Assembly (NCBI GenBank): GCA_963790205.1
Contig: CAWBNQ010000003.1
Span: 512,001 to 576,000, forward strand
Direction: 5' to 3'
DNA from: Nitrospirota bacterium
Lineage (GTDB): Bacteria > Nitrospirota > UBA9217
Length of the DNA: 64,000 bases
Part shown: one piece after another, positions 9,686 through 19,865 of the stretch
Layout: every line of letters starts with the position of its first letter
Position numbering within the stretch: position 1 is the first letter of the stretch
Program-made: the position numbers and the translations under genes
Notes under the pieces: model-generated
What the model saw: only the letters and a program-made list of their open reading frames with translations
Told to the model about the DNA's origin: nothing
Database searches by the model: none

Positions 9686-10150
9686 ATGTTTCTCTATCTC
9701 GTACAGCACGGTGAGGCGAAGAGGGAAGAGGAAGACCCTGCACGGGGGCTTACGGACAAAGGATCCAAGGAGGTTGCCAGGACCGCGATCTATGCGCAGA
9801 AGCTCGGTCTCAAGGTGAGTGTCATTCATCACAGCGGAAAGACCCGCGCCCTGCGGACCGCGCAGATATTGGCCGATTACCTCAAGCCGGGGAAGGACTT
9901 GTCCCCGGCAGAGGCCCTCGCGCCCCTGGATGATCCCGCCGTATGGGCCGGACGCATCGTTGGAATGAATGAGGATTTAATGCTCGTCGGACATCTCCCC
10001 TATATGGCAAAGCTCGCCGGCCTCCTTCTCTGCGGGGACAAGGAGAAGATGCCCATCGACTTCAAGATGGGAGGGATCGCCTGTCTCAGGAGGTTCGATG
10101 ATGGCCGCTGGGCCGTGGAGTGGATGATCGTGCCGGAGATGGCTGGATAA
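9686..10150 (+). CDS. sixA: Phosphohistidine phosphatase SixA
   Basis: 'LYLVQHGEA', 'HSGKTRALRTA', 'LMLVGHLP'. Confidence 0.9.
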   Translation: MFLYLVQHGEAKREEEDPARGLTDKGSKEVARTAIYAQKLGLKVSVIHHSGKTRALRTAQILADYLKPGKDLSPAEALAPLDDPAVWAGRIVGMNEDLMLVGHLPYMAKLAGLLLCGDKEKMPIDFKMGGIACLRRFDDGRWAVEWMIVPEMAG

Positions 10151-10273
10151 GAACCTTTTCAGTCCCGCCCCGATGAGCAAGTCTTTTGCCTCTCTCTTGA
10201 CTTTGGTTGGGATCATTAGTAGCGGCTTTTTGCGCTGCTCTATCCGGACTGCGAAACCGCCTCACCCTGCCGG

Positions 10274-10918
10274 CTACTGCCCGGATTTTTTTTCGTTCTT
10301 TCTGATCAGCAGTCCTGTTGTCGAAACCATTACCCTTAATTCTTCCGCGCTGTTCGAGTTGATGAAGGTGGCGGACCCGTACTCGGCATCCAGCAGGGGA
10401 TTAAGGATCGCGAACCTGCGCCGGAGATCGAACATGTCCAGGGGCCTGTTGCTGGACAATGAATACACCGTATGGGCCTTTGTCGTTTCATCGCTCAGGA
10501 CCGCATAGCGGCCTGCCACGCGATCGAGCTCATAGGAGGTGTGCAGCCCGAATATGTTTGCCAGCGGTTTCCATTTGAGAATGTGGGCGTCAACATACAG
10601 CTGGTCACCGGCAAGAAGGAATACTTTTTCGCCGCCATCGGGCAGGGAAAACCAGGCCGTGAACTTCTGCTTCCCCGTCGGCACGATGTTCACGATCGCG
10701 GCAAGTTCTTCTCTGGTCAATGCGCGATACCCCTGAATGGCGATGCTTATGGTGCCGAACAGGGTGGACAGGGAGATCATCAGCAACGCGATCACGAAGA
10801 TCACGGCCGTGCCGAACAGCTTTCTCTTCTTCAGGGCTGCAATGGTCATGATAAGAAAGAGAAGGCCGAGAAGAGCAAAAAGTACAGCAATGATGTTCAG
10901 AGGGTTCGACAGCATCAT
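10274..10918 (-). CDS. Hypothetical membrane protein
   Basis: 214 aa, two N-terminal hydrophobic helices, GAAAGGA RBS. Confidence 0.75.
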   Translation of the reverse strand: MMLSNPLNIIAVLFALLGLLFLIMTIAALKKRKLFGTAVIFVIALLMISLSTLFGTISIAIQGYRALTREELAAIVNIVPTGKQKFTAWFSLPDGGEKVFLLAGDQLYVDAHILKWKPLANIFGLHTSYELDRVAGRYAVLSDETTKAHTVYSLSSNRPLDMFDLRRRFAILNPLLDAEYGSATFINSNSAEELRVMVSTTGLLIRKNEKKSGQ

Positions 10919-11030
10919 GTTTTTCCTTTCTCAGCGTACCTCTCGGCGTGGTTGGGATCATTGTATTGGGTTTCGCTCTGCTCTACCTACAGAACTGGTT
11001 ATATGAGTTATATTTCAATGGTTCTTATGT

Positions 11031-11255
11031 CTATTTCGATATAAATACTGACAAAAGAACAAATGAAAAAAGCAGTAGTCCAAAAATAAGAAGAACTACG
11101 AGCATAGTTCGATCTGGCTTTTTTACCATTTTCTTAAATTCTTTACGCTGCATCTGCGGGCGTTCAATCCCTGCATCTTTTAGTATGTCACCAGCATGAT
11201 CAACGCAAGGGACATTGGGATCATGATATGAGCCGTACAAGGGGCAGAAACTCAT
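11031..11255 (-). CDS. Small AT-rich membrane protein, possible integron cassette gene
   Basis: 74 aa, N-terminal C/H residues, C-terminal TM helix; AT-rich; lies in the cassette orientation relative to the intI remnant. Confidence 0.45.
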   Translation of the reverse strand: MSFCPLYGSYHDPNVPCVDHAGDILKDAGIERPQMQRKEFKKMVKKPDRTMLVVLLIFGLLLFSFVLLSVFISK

Positions 11256-11607
11256 GATTGGACCACTCGAAAAATACTACTTTTTATTTATTGCATATAA
11301 TGTTAAGGCTTCTTTCTGAACGCTTTATTCAGAAAGAAGCTGGTTGGACTAAGCCGTTGCGCGCCACGTCGCTATGGGATTTCAAATGATTTGTCAGCTT
11401 AAAACGAAGTCCGCGGAGACAGCATTGGCAGGGGCGTGAGACTTGTTCGGGTGAAAAGCGGCGATTCCGGACTGCTCCGCAAGCCCCTTTCGTAAAAGAC
11501 TATACAGGAAAAAGGGCTTTTGGGCAATAGGGTATCGTTGCGAAAGACGTGACTTTTTTCGGGGATGGATGTCGGAGTCGGGTTGTTCATTTCAGTGCTT
11601 GTGGTAA

Positions 11608-12802
11608 TCATATTCGCGGCGGTCCTTTGCAGCGCGCGGGCTGCATGATCTCGATTGTGCGCATTCTGCGTTCGCCGCAGGCAGGGCATTTGGCCAGCGT
11701 CAATGCCGGCGATCCTGAGCAAAGCTTCCTGCCACGTCTCAGTCTTCTGCTCCGCCTCGTTCTGATCAACGCAGGCCAGAAGCTCTCTGCATTGGTCGAG
11801 TTTCTTTCTGCGGCATCTGTTTCCCAACAGACCGTAATGCCTGATTTTGACAAACCGGTCGGGCAGGACATGAAGCAGGAACCGCCGGATGAACTCATCG
11901 GCGTCCACGGTCATGATCTTGCTTTTGTTGCTGTCCGCGTAGTCGCGCCACCGGAAGGAGATCTTGTCGTCCATCATCTTCACGAGCCGGTGATTGCTGA
12001 TCGCGATACGGTGGGTGTATCTGCCGAGATACTCAAGAACGCCTTTTGTTCCGTCGAACGGCGGCTTACAATAGACGACCCACTGCTTCTTGTACAAATC
12101 GGCGATGAAGGCCTTGAAAACTCCCGGCGACGCAAGATGGCTTACGACGCCGGGGTAGACAAGTTTGTTCTCGGCACGGAGTTTTTTCAGATAAGCGAGA
12201 AACTTCCCCCGAAAGAGTTTCGACATGACCTTGACGGGAAGGAAAAAGCCATTCTTGCATGATTTCCATTTCCGTCCGCCCTTGGACAATCCGCCGCCGG
12301 TGACGATGTTGTGGAGATGCGGATGATCCATAAGGTTCTGTCCCCAGGTGTGCAGGATCGAGATAAAACCGATTTCCGCGCCCAAGTGTTTCTGCGTATT
12401 CGAGAGTTCCGTCAGGGTTTCCGAAACGGCCTTGAACAGGATCCCGTAGAGGGCCTCCTGGTTCCGGAGCACAAGGGGATTGAGTTTATCGGGGATGGTA
12501 AAAACGACATGGAAGTAAGGAATGGGAAGCAGGTCTTCTTCCCGGGCCTCGATCCACTGCTCTTTTTTAAGGAACTGGCACTTGGGGCAATGCCGGTTTC
12601 TGCAGGAGTTGTACGAGATCACTTTTGTCCCGCAGTGCTCGCATTCGTCCACGTGACCGCCTTGGTCGGCGGTGCGGCAGGTCTCGATCGCCCGCATGGC
12701 GCGAAGACGATTCAAGGGCATGGGATGAGCGTTCCGGTAAAGAGGACCGTACCGGCGAAAGATGTCCGCGACTTCGATCTGTAGGCTATCTCGCGTGTAC
12801 AC
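11608..12802 (-). CDS. IS91-family (Y2) transposase with zinc-binding domain; apparent +1 frameshift near 11690-11700
   Basis: 'YNSCRNRHCPKCQ', 'HVVFTIP', 'LHTWG..L..HPHLH', 'YLGRYTHRIAIS..RL', 'KIRHYG'. The expected C-terminal KCPACG...GPP lies in another frame ending at 11608. Confidence 0.9.
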
Positions 12803-12823
12803 CGCGGGTGTCGCGTGTGCAGG

Positions 12824-13681
12824 CTACGAGGTTTGTGGAGGATTTAAGAAGGGGCCTAAGTCCAGAGGGCTCACGATCTTTGAGAGGTTCTTTTTGCTCA
12901 CGTGGAGATAAATAGTGGTCGTTCTCACCGACGCATGGCCGAGCAGAAGCTGAATATAGTGCAGATCAGCTCCCGACTCCAGCAGGTGTGTGGCGAAGCT
13001 ATGCCGAAGCGTGTGACAACTTGCCGGCTTCGTGATGCCGGCTTTTTTCTTCGCGCGTTTGAACGCCTCTTGGACGGTGCTAATGGAAATGTAGTTTTCA
13101 GGCTTTTCTCCCGGAAAGAGCCAATGCGTCGGTCTATATTCTTTCCAGTATTCCCGAAGCGCTTCCAGCGCTACCTGGGATAAAAGGGTATACCGGTCTT
13201 TTTTGCCTTTGCCCTGGTCCACGCGTATCAGCATACGGCTGCTGTCGATGTCCGTGATCTTGAGCCGGGCGGTCTCGCTCGCCCGGAGCCCTGCCGAGTA
13301 GGTCACCATCAGCATCACGCGCTGCTTCAGGCTGGGAGTGGCTTCGAACATGGCCTGTACCTCCTCCCGTTCGAGAACGATAGGAAGTGTCTTGGTCGTC
13401 TTCGGATAGGGAATCTTGTCCATCACCCAACCTTTGCCCAGCGTCGTTTCATAGAGGAACCGCAGCGCGCTGTAAGTTATCTTCAGGGTGGATAGCGATA
13501 CCTTCTTATCCCGGACGAGGTAAAGCAGATACGCTTTGACATCGCCGTCTTCCAAAAGGTCGGGCGGTTTTTTAAAATGGCGTTCCATATCGCGCGCCGC
13601 CCGGTGATACAATGATTGCGTCTTCGGGGCTAATCCTCGAAGCACCATGTCGCCCTGCATCTGTTCTTTGAACGTTTCCAT
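12824..13681 (-). CDS. Tyrosine recombinase (phage integrase family with N-terminal SAM-like domain)
   Basis: 'YSAGLRASE', 'GKGKKDR', 'HTLRHSFATHLLESG', 'LLGH', 'TTIYLH'. Confidence 0.95.
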   Translation of the reverse strand: METFKEQMQGDMVLRGLAPKTQSLYHRAARDMERHFKKPPDLLEDGDVKAYLLYLVRDKKVSLSTLKITYSALRFLYETTLGKGWVMDKIPYPKTTKTLPIVLEREEVQAMFEATPSLKQRVMLMVTYSAGLRASETARLKITDIDSSRMLIRVDQGKGKKDRYTLLSQVALEALREYWKEYRPTHWLFPGEKPENYISISTVQEAFKRAKKKAGITKPASCHTLRHSFATHLLESGADLHYIQLLLGHASVRTTTIYLHVSKKNLSKIVSPLDLGPFLNPPQTS

Positions 13682-14158
13682 TGCATAATCTCCTTCCGTT
13701 GAATCGAAATTCCAACGGCATGACGCCGATGGTGATGCGAAAGAAGATTGTAGAACGGTCAGGATTATGAAGCAAGGAGCGAGACGAAGAAAATCTATCG
13801 AGATATGCGGGGATGAATTGTAGAGAGACTTATTGGAATGCGAATAACACCGCCGCGCAGCGGCTTAGTTCAACAAGGAATTGTGTAGCCCCCTCTATAA
13901 TTCTGGATTTCCGGAATTATAGAGTTTAGCAAAATACATGCCGTTTTGAGACCGCTGCATACATTTGCTTTTATTATGTTTCAAGTTCATCTCATACAAA
14001 AATTGTAAAATATCCGTGGTTTTTCCGCTAACAGGGGGAGTATATTTTATGCCTATATGCATGTCAAGGTAATAAAATAATTGACCATTCAGTGGAATTC
14101 GATAAAATATGCCGGAATTTGGGTGCTCTATGCGAAAGCGAGGTTTACTCACTATCCT

Positions 14159-14458
14159 ATGGAACCTATCCCGAAAGATCTTCTCGTCCAATTTGACGAC
14201 ATTCTCAAGCAGCGGAATGTTCCCCAAACACATGTTTAGGATGCGCTGTATGAAGCAGTCAGAAAAGCCAGGCTCACGAAACGCGCCATCCCTCACATCT
14301 TCCGTCATTGTTATGCAACGAATCTGCTTCAGACGGGCTATGACCTTTGCACGATCCAGACGCTCCTCGGCCACGCAGACATCAGGACGAAGATGATCTA
14401 CACTCACTGCGTACCGTCAAGGACGCTGAAAGAGATGAAGAGTCCCCTTGATTTTTGA
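14159..14458 (+). pseudogene. intI: Integron integrase remnant (large internal deletion plus in-frame TAG)
   Basis: Manual translation: [98 protein letters not shown]. The C-terminal GYD..TIQ.LLGH.D..T.MIYTH...SPLD pattern is IntI-like; TAG at 14237-14239. Confidence 0.8.
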
Positions 14459-14541
14459 TCCCGCGCGCGGTACTATCTAAAATCTCGTTAATCTTGTCCA
14501 GCCTTCTCTTTCCCGCTCGATGAGAATTCGGATCTTAAACG

Positions 14542-15675
14542 ATGAATAAAAAAACATCATCCGACGTTTCTATCGTAAAGTGCGCTGATTACGACCGCGA
14601 TCGGGTTCTGGGCGCGGTGCGCAGGGCCGTTGACCTGCTCGGAGGCATGGGCGCGTTCGTGAAGCCCGGCGACCGGGTGCTCATCAAGCCCAACCTGCTC
14701 AAGGCGGCCCCTCCCGACGACGCGGTCGTTACGCACCCCGAGGTCCTGCGCGCGGTCATACGCCTCGTGCGCGAGGCCGGGGCGAAGGCGCTGGTGGGCG
14801 ACAGCCCCGGCTTCGGAGAGCTCCGGCGCGTGTGCGAGAAATCGGGCGTCATGGACGTGATCGAGGAAGAAGGGGCCGCGCTCGCGGAGATGAACGAGGC
14901 CGTGCAGGTAAAGAACAGCGGGCAGTTCCATAGGTTCGAGGTCGCCCGGGCCGTGCTCGAAGCCGACGCAATCATCAACGTCCCGAAGTTCAAGACCCAC
15001 GGCATGATGACGCTCACGGGCGCGGTGAAGAACCTCTTCGGCTGTATTCCCGGCAGGAGAAAGGTGCAGTGGCATTTTAACGCGGGCGTCAACCGCGATG
15101 CTTTTGCGAGGATGCTCGTCGAGCTGTGCGCGCTGATCAAGCCTCGTTTGACCGTCATGGATGCAATCGTGGGCATGGAAGGGAACGGGCCGGGAAGCGG
15201 CGATCCGCGCGAGCTCGGCCTTGTGCTTGCCGGGGCGGACCCGGTCGCGATCGACGTGGTTTGCGGAGCGCTCGTCAGGGCCGAGCCTGCGCGTCTTCCT
15301 GTCATACGGGCCGCCGCCACGGCCGGGATCGGCGAGACCAGGCTCGGCCGGATACGGGTCCTTGGGGAGGCGTTGGGGGAGGTGGCCGTAAAAGGGTTCC
15401 GGCTGCCGCCCCAAGAGCATCCCGAGTGGCGCCTGCCCGAGTGGGCGCGCCGGCTCCTCAAGGACGCCCTGACCACGCGGCCGATGATCGACCCCGCGCG
15501 CTGTATCCGCTGCGGCATCTGCCAGGGCCACTGCCCGCAGGGCGCTATCGACGACGCGGGGAAAAAACTCGAGATCCGGCACCGCGACTGCATCCGCTGT
15601 TTCTGCTGCCAGGAGTTTTGTCCCCAGGGCGCGATAACCGTGGGCAGGGGATGGGCGCTGAAGATGGTGAGATGA
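14542..15675 (+). CDS. DUF362 domain protein with C-terminal 2x[4Fe-4S] ferredoxin
   Basis: 'VLIKPNLL', 'THPEV', 'PKFKTH..MTLTGAVKNLFG', CxxCxxCxxxCP twice. Confidence 0.92.
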   Translation: MNKKTSSDVSIVKCADYDRDRVLGAVRRAVDLLGGMGAFVKPGDRVLIKPNLLKAAPPDDAVVTHPEVLRAVIRLVREAGAKALVGDSPGFGELRRVCEKSGVMDVIEEEGAALAEMNEAVQVKNSGQFHRFEVARAVLEADAIINVPKFKTHGMMTLTGAVKNLFGCIPGRRKVQWHFNAGVNRDAFARMLVELCALIKPRLTVMDAIVGMEGNGPGSGDPRELGLVLAGADPVAIDVVCGALVRAEPARLPVIRAAATAGIGETRLGRIRVLGEALGEVAVKGFRLPPQEHPEWRLPEWARRLLKDALTTRPMIDPARCIRCGICQGHCPQGAIDDAGKKLEIRHRDCIRCFCCQEFCPQGAITVGRGWALKMVR

Positions 15676-15681
15676 TTTGTT

Positions 15682-15762
15682 TCATTCCCGCGAAAGCCGG
15701 AATCCAGTTACGGGTAAAAAGCCAAAGACGCTGGATTCCCGATGGGGTCTTTCGGGAATGGC
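15682..15762. repeat. REP-like palindrome (TCATTCCCGCGAAAGCCGGAATCCAG...CTGGATTCCC...GGGAATG)
   Basis: Nested inverted repeats; similar to 25480-25548. Confidence 0.7.
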
Positions 15763-15885
15763 GACTTATATTATAATTCGATGGCAACCAAGCAGGTCTT
15801 TTTTTATCCACAGATTACGCAGATTTCACAGATGAAACAAAGCCGGAATTACCGGTCTTAAAATCTGCGGCCGTCTGCGTAATCT

Positions 15886-16154
15886 TCTATGTTAAAAAGC
15901 AAGTCTTTCTTTTGGCATAAACGCATCTCTTTTATTAAGGAGCGATTTATAGCGAACGCAATCTTCAAACCCAATCTTCTATGAGCAGACAGTCTTCGTT
16001 GATGAAGAAAACGCTGCATTGCCTTGATTAATTATGAAGGCGTGGGTTCGTAGTCTGTGGAAGCACAGACGGCATCTTTCGATCCGCTGTAGATTACGCA
16101 AGACGATACCCACGGTGAAACACGGGTTTAAGATCGGCTATAAATATCGGTTTT
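15886..16154 (-). ncRNA. Putative bridge/seekRNA region, IS110 copy 2
   Basis: Matches the right non-coding end of copies 1 and 3. Confidence 0.8.
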
Positions 16155-17225
16155 TTATTGAACAACCGCCGTAGTGTATTCTTGTTGGTTCTTTAAAACG
16201 TACCGGACGCGGTTTAACAGCTTCCGGGCGATCCGAACGATAGCTTTGGTCTTTGTCATGTGTTTGCACAGCTCATTGAACGCCATCATTAGGGCAGGGT
16301 CTTTTCGCACCGCCGTCCAAGCGCTTTCGATCAAGACGAAGCGAAGCTGGGCGTTCCGCCTGCCGGTCATGCCGGTTTTAAGGTCCTTTTCCCCGCTGGA
16401 ATCGGTATCGGGGATAAGGCCAACGTAGCTGCAGAGTTTGTCGAGCGTCTTGAAACGATTGATGTCATACAGCTCCGTCAAGAGCATCATCGCGGTCAAG
16501 GTACTGATTCCCGGCACGGTCTTAAGTATCCGGACATTGTTCCGATAGTCGTCCGAATTGGCCAGGGCGCGGATCGCCCGGTTCATCTCGGCAATGATAT
16601 GCCGAAGATGCTTAAGCTCGTCTAAGTGTATCTTGAGTGATAGGTTGCCGCTGGCCCGCTCCATTTGTACGGACTCGATCCAATTGATGAAGCGTTTGGA
16701 CCAGTAACCGTTGATGAAATCGTCCGGTATGTCGATACCGTAAAAGCTCAGGATCGACTTGATCTGGTTCTTGCAGCGAGTTTGTTTCCTTACCATGCTA
16801 TTTCGAGTACGAAGGAGGCTGCGGTCCTCGACTTTTGGTCGCGTAGGGACATAGATCCCTTCGATGTCGCCGTTTCTGAGGCTCCGGGCTAGCTTGCGGC
16901 AGTCCACCCGGTCGGTCTTGCCTGCGCGCTCTTTGTCTTTTGTGGGCACATCCGCCGGATTGACCACGAGACATTGTATGCCTCGCTCCTGAAGCCGGTC
17001 ATGTATCCAGAAACCGGAGTAACCGGCCTCATAGACCGACTTATAGGCTGCACCCGGAAAATTGCGTTTGAGATAGTTTACCAGCACCCCGACCTCCGGA
17101 GGTTGTGAAAAGGTCTTATGCTCGAACTGATCGGTAAAAATACTGATGCTCCAACTTTTCTTATGAATGTCCATACCGACATAAATTTGTTGACCAGTGA
17201 AATCGAGTCTGCTAACGTTATTCAT
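16155..17225 (-). CDS. IS110 family transposase/recombinase
   Basis: 356 aa, identical to copies 1 and 3 in the ORF track. Confidence 0.96.
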   Translation of the reverse strand: MNNVSRLDFTGQQIYVGMDIHKKSWSISIFTDQFEHKTFSQPPEVGVLVNYLKRNFPGAAYKSVYEAGYSGFWIHDRLQERGIQCLVVNPADVPTKDKERAGKTDRVDCRKLARSLRNGDIEGIYVPTRPKVEDRSLLRTRNSMVRKQTRCKNQIKSILSFYGIDIPDDFINGYWSKRFINWIESVQMERASGNLSLKIHLDELKHLRHIIAEMNRAIRALANSDDYRNNVRILKTVPGISTLTAMMLLTELYDINRFKTLDKLCSYVGLIPDTDSSGEKDLKTGMTGRRNAQLRFVLIESAWTAVRKDPALMMAFNELCKHMTKTKAIVRIARKLLNRVRYVLKNQQEYTTAVVQ

Positions 17226-17352
17226 GGCAAGTCTCCTTTTGGTGTATTTTGGTCCGGGATAGACCTAATATACCTTAAGTCAGACTTGCCTTTTTAATCA
17301 TAAGGTCTGCGGATAGATTGGTTTATCTTGTCATCTGAAGGTCAGTCGAGGC

Positions 17353-18252
17353 TTAGTCAATTTCCTCGTCAGGCGGGCTCTCTTCGTCCTCATCAAAAAG
17401 TTCAGGCATCGTTCCTTCCTCTTCGAGTTCCCTCATTTCCTCTTCATTGATCTCGAAAACCTTCTCAGCCAGGCCCTGGTCCGGGTTCTTCCCCCGCTTC
17501 ACAAGCTCCCGGTGAACGAAGGGCTTTATCGTTATGGGCAACGAAGGGTCCGCATAGAGCTCCCTCACGTCAAGGAGTTTCATATTCTGAAGAAAAGGGA
17601 CGGACAGCGACAGGGGGGTGTGCGTGTTTCGTACGAGCGAGAAGCGTACCAGGGAGCGGGTGGACCAGTTCGTATGGCCGGCGATCATCATGATGGTCTC
17701 AACAGGGGTGTCCTCGCGGCTTATGATCTTGAAGAGATGGCCTTCCACCATGTTCGGATTATTGAGGCAGAGCCGCACTACTTCGGGGTCACGGTCCAGG
17801 AGCAATTTGAGCAGGACGTTGCCCGCGGCCTTCTTGGCAAGCGTTTTCTTGTTCCCCAGGGGCATGGTCGGGACCCGTTCGATGATAAGGGACTCGACCT
17901 TATGCCTGAAGACCAGGGGAATGAAACGGCTGCGTGTTATCTCCTCCAGGTCGAAGAGGCGGAGAAACCGCGCGATCGGAAGAGAGACGGACAGCGGCGC
18001 TTTTGGGTTCCTCGCGAGCGCGAGGCGGACGGGATAACTCTCGGACCAGCGCTTGTCCCTGGCGATGCTCTCGAGGATGTCGGCAGGGACGTTCTTTCTG
18101 TTCGCGACGATCAGGATGTCCTCTTCAATCAGGCGCCGGTTCCCGAGCAGCGCCCTGATGACCTTGGGGGACGGGTCCTGGACATAGTGGGCTATTTCCT
18201 CCGCGCTCGCCGCTGCCGCCAGCTCCATTCTTTTGTCCTCTGTGTCCGGCAC
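17353..18252 (-). CDS. Hypothetical helical-repeat (LRV-like) protein with acidic tail
   Basis: Repeated 'VRLALARNPKAP' / 'VRFSLVRNTHTP' motifs. Confidence 0.75.
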   Translation of the reverse strand: MPDTEDKRMELAAAASAEEIAHYVQDPSPKVIRALLGNRRLIEEDILIVANRKNVPADILESIARDKRWSESYPVRLALARNPKAPLSVSLPIARFLRLFDLEEITRSRFIPLVFRHKVESLIIERVPTMPLGNKKTLAKKAAGNVLLKLLLDRDPEVVRLCLNNPNMVEGHLFKIISREDTPVETIMMIAGHTNWSTRSLVRFSLVRNTHTPLSLSVPFLQNMKLLDVRELYADPSLPITIKPFVHRELVKRGKNPDQGLAEKVFEINEEEMRELEEEGTMPELFDEDEESPPDEEID

Positions 18253-18385
18253 GAATTCATTATACGGGTTTTCAAACCTATTGACAAATCCTAAAGTTTT
18301 ATGTATTTTGTTAATCTAACAACATGAATTGTCGGCGGTTTTCGTTTTACGGGGACAAGGTTTCTGGCATTCTTCGAGGGATGCG

Positions 18386-18922
18386 ATGGAACGGACGCTG
18401 CTCCTGAATGCGACATTTGAGCCGTTAAAGATCATTTCCTGGCAGAGGGCGATCACCCTGCTCACCCAGGGCAAGGTCGAAGTGATCGACTTTTACGACC
18501 GGGACGTCCGGAGTGTGTCCATCACCTTCAAGCTGCCCTCCATTTTGCGCCTCCTGAAGCTCGTCAAGGTGCGCCGCGCCAGCAGGGAAGTGCGGTTCTC
18601 GCGGGCCAACATCTACCAGCGCGACAAATACGCCTGCCAGTACTGCGGCATCAAGTATCCGGCGGAAGACCTCACCTTCGACCACGTTATCCCGCAGGTG
18701 CAGGGCGGTGAGGCCACCTGGGAAAACATCGTCACTGCCTGTCTTTCCTGCAACAACAGGAAGGGCGGCAGGACCCCGCAGGAGGCCGGGATGCGGCTGA
18801 TCAGGCCGCCGGCAAAGCCGCGGTGGATGCCGGTCGTCACGCTGACCTTCGGCATCAAGAACGCGCCCTTGAGCTGGCGGGACTATCTCTACTGGAACAT
18901 CGAGCTGAATAAAGAAGGTTGA
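18386..18922 (+). CDS. HNH endonuclease (McrA-like/HNH_5)
   Basis: 'TLLLNATFEPL', 'RDKYACQYCG', 'TFDHVIP..QGG..TWENIVTACLSCNNRKG'. Confidence 0.92.
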   Translation: MERTLLLNATFEPLKIISWQRAITLLTQGKVEVIDFYDRDVRSVSITFKLPSILRLLKLVKVRRASREVRFSRANIYQRDKYACQYCGIKYPAEDLTFDHVIPQVQGGEATWENIVTACLSCNNRKGGRTPQEAGMRLIRPPAKPRWMPVVTLTFGIKNAPLSWRDYLYWNIELNKEG

Positions 18923-19171
18923 AGCAGCTGCCCGCGCTCCCGTACTCATCCTGGCGTTCGCGGCCCTTTTTGACTTTCGGAGTGAGCGCACTCCCGCGGA
19001 TGCCTGGACGAACCTTCATCTGCTGCAGGGAGCTTCACTCCCTCGAATACCTCCTCGATACGCGCGCAGACCCCGCCGCTCCGCAGCTCATTTTTTTTCT
19101 TGTCAAGGTTTTTGTTTGATGCTATAGTCCCAATCGCAAAACACAATTCACAGGAGACGGAGGCGAGGAAG

Positions 19172-19798
19172 ATGAAGAAAATCGTCGCGCTGTTTATCTT
19201 CACGGTGCTTACGGCGTCTGCGGGCCAGGCATCGGCATTCACCCATTTTACCCAAAACGAATTCATGACCGCCGAGAGCCTCGATCCCGGAATGACGCAA
19301 AGCGGCATCCACTTCACTCTCGGAGATCATTATGAGAACTATTATCCCGAGGTCCGCTACGGCCTCGGCGCCCTTCTGGAGGTCGGCGTAAAATTCGGCG
19401 TTACCTCGGCTGAAATCAATTCTGAAAACAAGCTCGGGGCGCTCGCCGGCGTCGACCTGAAATACCAGCTCATCAAGGAGACCGAGGGGATTCCTCTCGA
19501 CATGGCGGTGGACGTGGGGTTCGACAACGTGATCATCTCGAGAAAGAACTCAAGCGAATTGTCGTTCTCGACCGTTTTCAGCAAGAGTTTTCCGCTCACG
19601 GACCGGGGATACAAGTTCACTCCCTACGGCGGTCTCGAAATGGCCGCTCTCTACGGCTCAGCCGTTCCCAACAACGATACGTCGGTATATTGTTTCGGCG
19701 GCCTCGAATGGAAGCTCAGCCAGAAATTCATGGTTATGCTCGAGTTCAAGGGAGGCAAAAGCAACGTCGGCGGAGTCGGCATACGATTTGAGTATTAA
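19172..19798 (+). CDS. Putative outer-membrane beta-barrel protein
   Basis: Signal peptide (ASA), alternating beta strands, C-terminal GIRFEY. Confidence 0.7.
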   Translation: MKKIVALFIFTVLTASAGQASAFTHFTQNEFMTAESLDPGMTQSGIHFTLGDHYENYYPEVRYGLGALLEVGVKFGVTSAEINSENKLGALAGVDLKYQLIKETEGIPLDMAVDVGFDNVIISRKNSSELSFSTVFSKSFPLTDRGYKFTPYGGLEMAALYGSAVPNNDTSVYCFGGLEWKLSQKFMVMLEFKGGKSNVGGVGIRFEY

Positions 19799-19865
19799 TG
19801 GCCCTGCGGCGGACACCCCGTTCAACGTACCCTGGTGATTGCGCAGGCAGTTCAGGACCGATATC

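Larger units (their letters stand above)
11343..13874 (-). mobile_element. Two-gene element: tyrosine recombinase + IS91-like transposase, 21-bp terminal inverted repeats
   Basis: GTTGGACTAAGCCGTTGCGCG (11343-11363) vs CGCGCAGCGGCTTAGTTCAAC (13854-13874), 19/21 inverted match. Confidence 0.85.
15883..17308 (-). mobile_element. IS110-family (IS1111-type) element, copy 2
   Basis: 1426 bp between TCT cores (15883-15885, 17306-17308); inserted in the GCGGATA arm of the repeat that begins at ~15796. Confidence 0.95.

Noticed and set aside
11316..11349. Complete attC site at the left end of the IS91-like element
   Set aside because: The RYYYAAC and GTT boxes are only 21 nt apart, too short for attC, and L boxes are not evident.
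13895..14407. 170-aa minus-strand ORF
   Set aside because: Antisense shadow of the intI remnant plus AT-rich promoter DNA.
18386..18922. HNH nuclease as part of a defence or RNA-guided system
   Set aside because: It is a common standalone HNH_5-type protein, with no RuvC, methylase or array alongside. Being near IS110 copy 2 is explained by the repeat target.
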